32,000 nucleotides of DNA from Geobacter metallireducens GS-15 (GTDB lineage Bacteria; Desulfobacterota; Desulfuromonadia; Geobacterales; Geobacteraceae), in NCBI RefSeq assembly GCF_000012925.1, contig NC_007517.1:2340001-2372000 (forward strand). The letters run 5' to 3'. The notes below the pieces were generated by a model. It was not told the DNA's origin. It saw nothing but the letters and a program-made list of their open reading frames with translations, and ran no database searches. This document shows positions 31,998 through 32,000 of this stretch, piece by piece. How positions within the stretch are numbered: position 1 is the first letter of the stretch; every line of letters begins with the position of its first letter. The position numbers were made by a program, and so were the translations under genes.

Positions 31998-32000
31998 TGC

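Overview
All calls rest on reading the sequence and recognising motifs; no database search was possible.

The window is a GC-rich (about 60% by eye) anaerobic aromatic-catabolism region. It is interrupted by an AT-rich (about 40% by eye) accessory islet carrying two insertion sequences.

(1) Minus strand, 1-10880: bamA plus bamB-bamH.
- bamA encodes the ring-opening 6-oxocyclohex-1-ene-1-carbonyl-CoA hydrolase.
- bamB-H encode the ATP-independent class II benzoyl-CoA reductase module: AOR-like W-pterin BamB, ferredoxin BamC, HdrD-like BamD, double-HdrA BamE, MvhD-like BamF, NuoE-like BamG and NuoF-like BamH.
- BamH is cut by the window edge and is absent from the ORF track.
- BamF is only complete if an in-frame TGA at 2502..2500 is read as selenocysteine. 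A SECIS-like hairpin follows it.
- Gene order and the BamB N-terminus match what I recall for Geobacter metallireducens. This is inference from memory.

(2) 11000-18220: the AT-rich islet.
- It holds a small ORF followed by a dense GCATCTA palindrome array.
- A 3-TM protein gene has its 3' end cut by an IS5-family element (12068-13408, 17-bp IRs, TTAG target duplication).
- An orphan 1071-aa helical protein gene follows.
- An IS4-family element (16898-18211) carries a 9-bp target duplication.
- With the IS5 removed in silico, the TM ORF overlaps the giant ORF. A T_TTA_AAG -1 slippery heptamer sits in exactly the right frame to link them.

(3) 18233-19699, minus strand: moaA and a MOSC gene.

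(4) 20064-22152: GNAT, a Cys-free Rrf2 regulator and a Pta/Ptb-family phosphate acyltransferase.

(5) 22565-31997: a XylR/DmpR-type sigma54 activator, divergent from a phenol-activation operon.
- The operon encodes phenylphosphate synthase PpsA/PpsB, a single UbiD-family carboxylase subunit, a UPF0261/Tm-1-like protein, a CBS-pair protein and UbiX.
- A good sigma54 promoter precedes it.
- A second sigma54 promoter precedes the Ptb-like gene.

Many long ORFs in the track are antisense shadows of GC-rich genes and are not reported.
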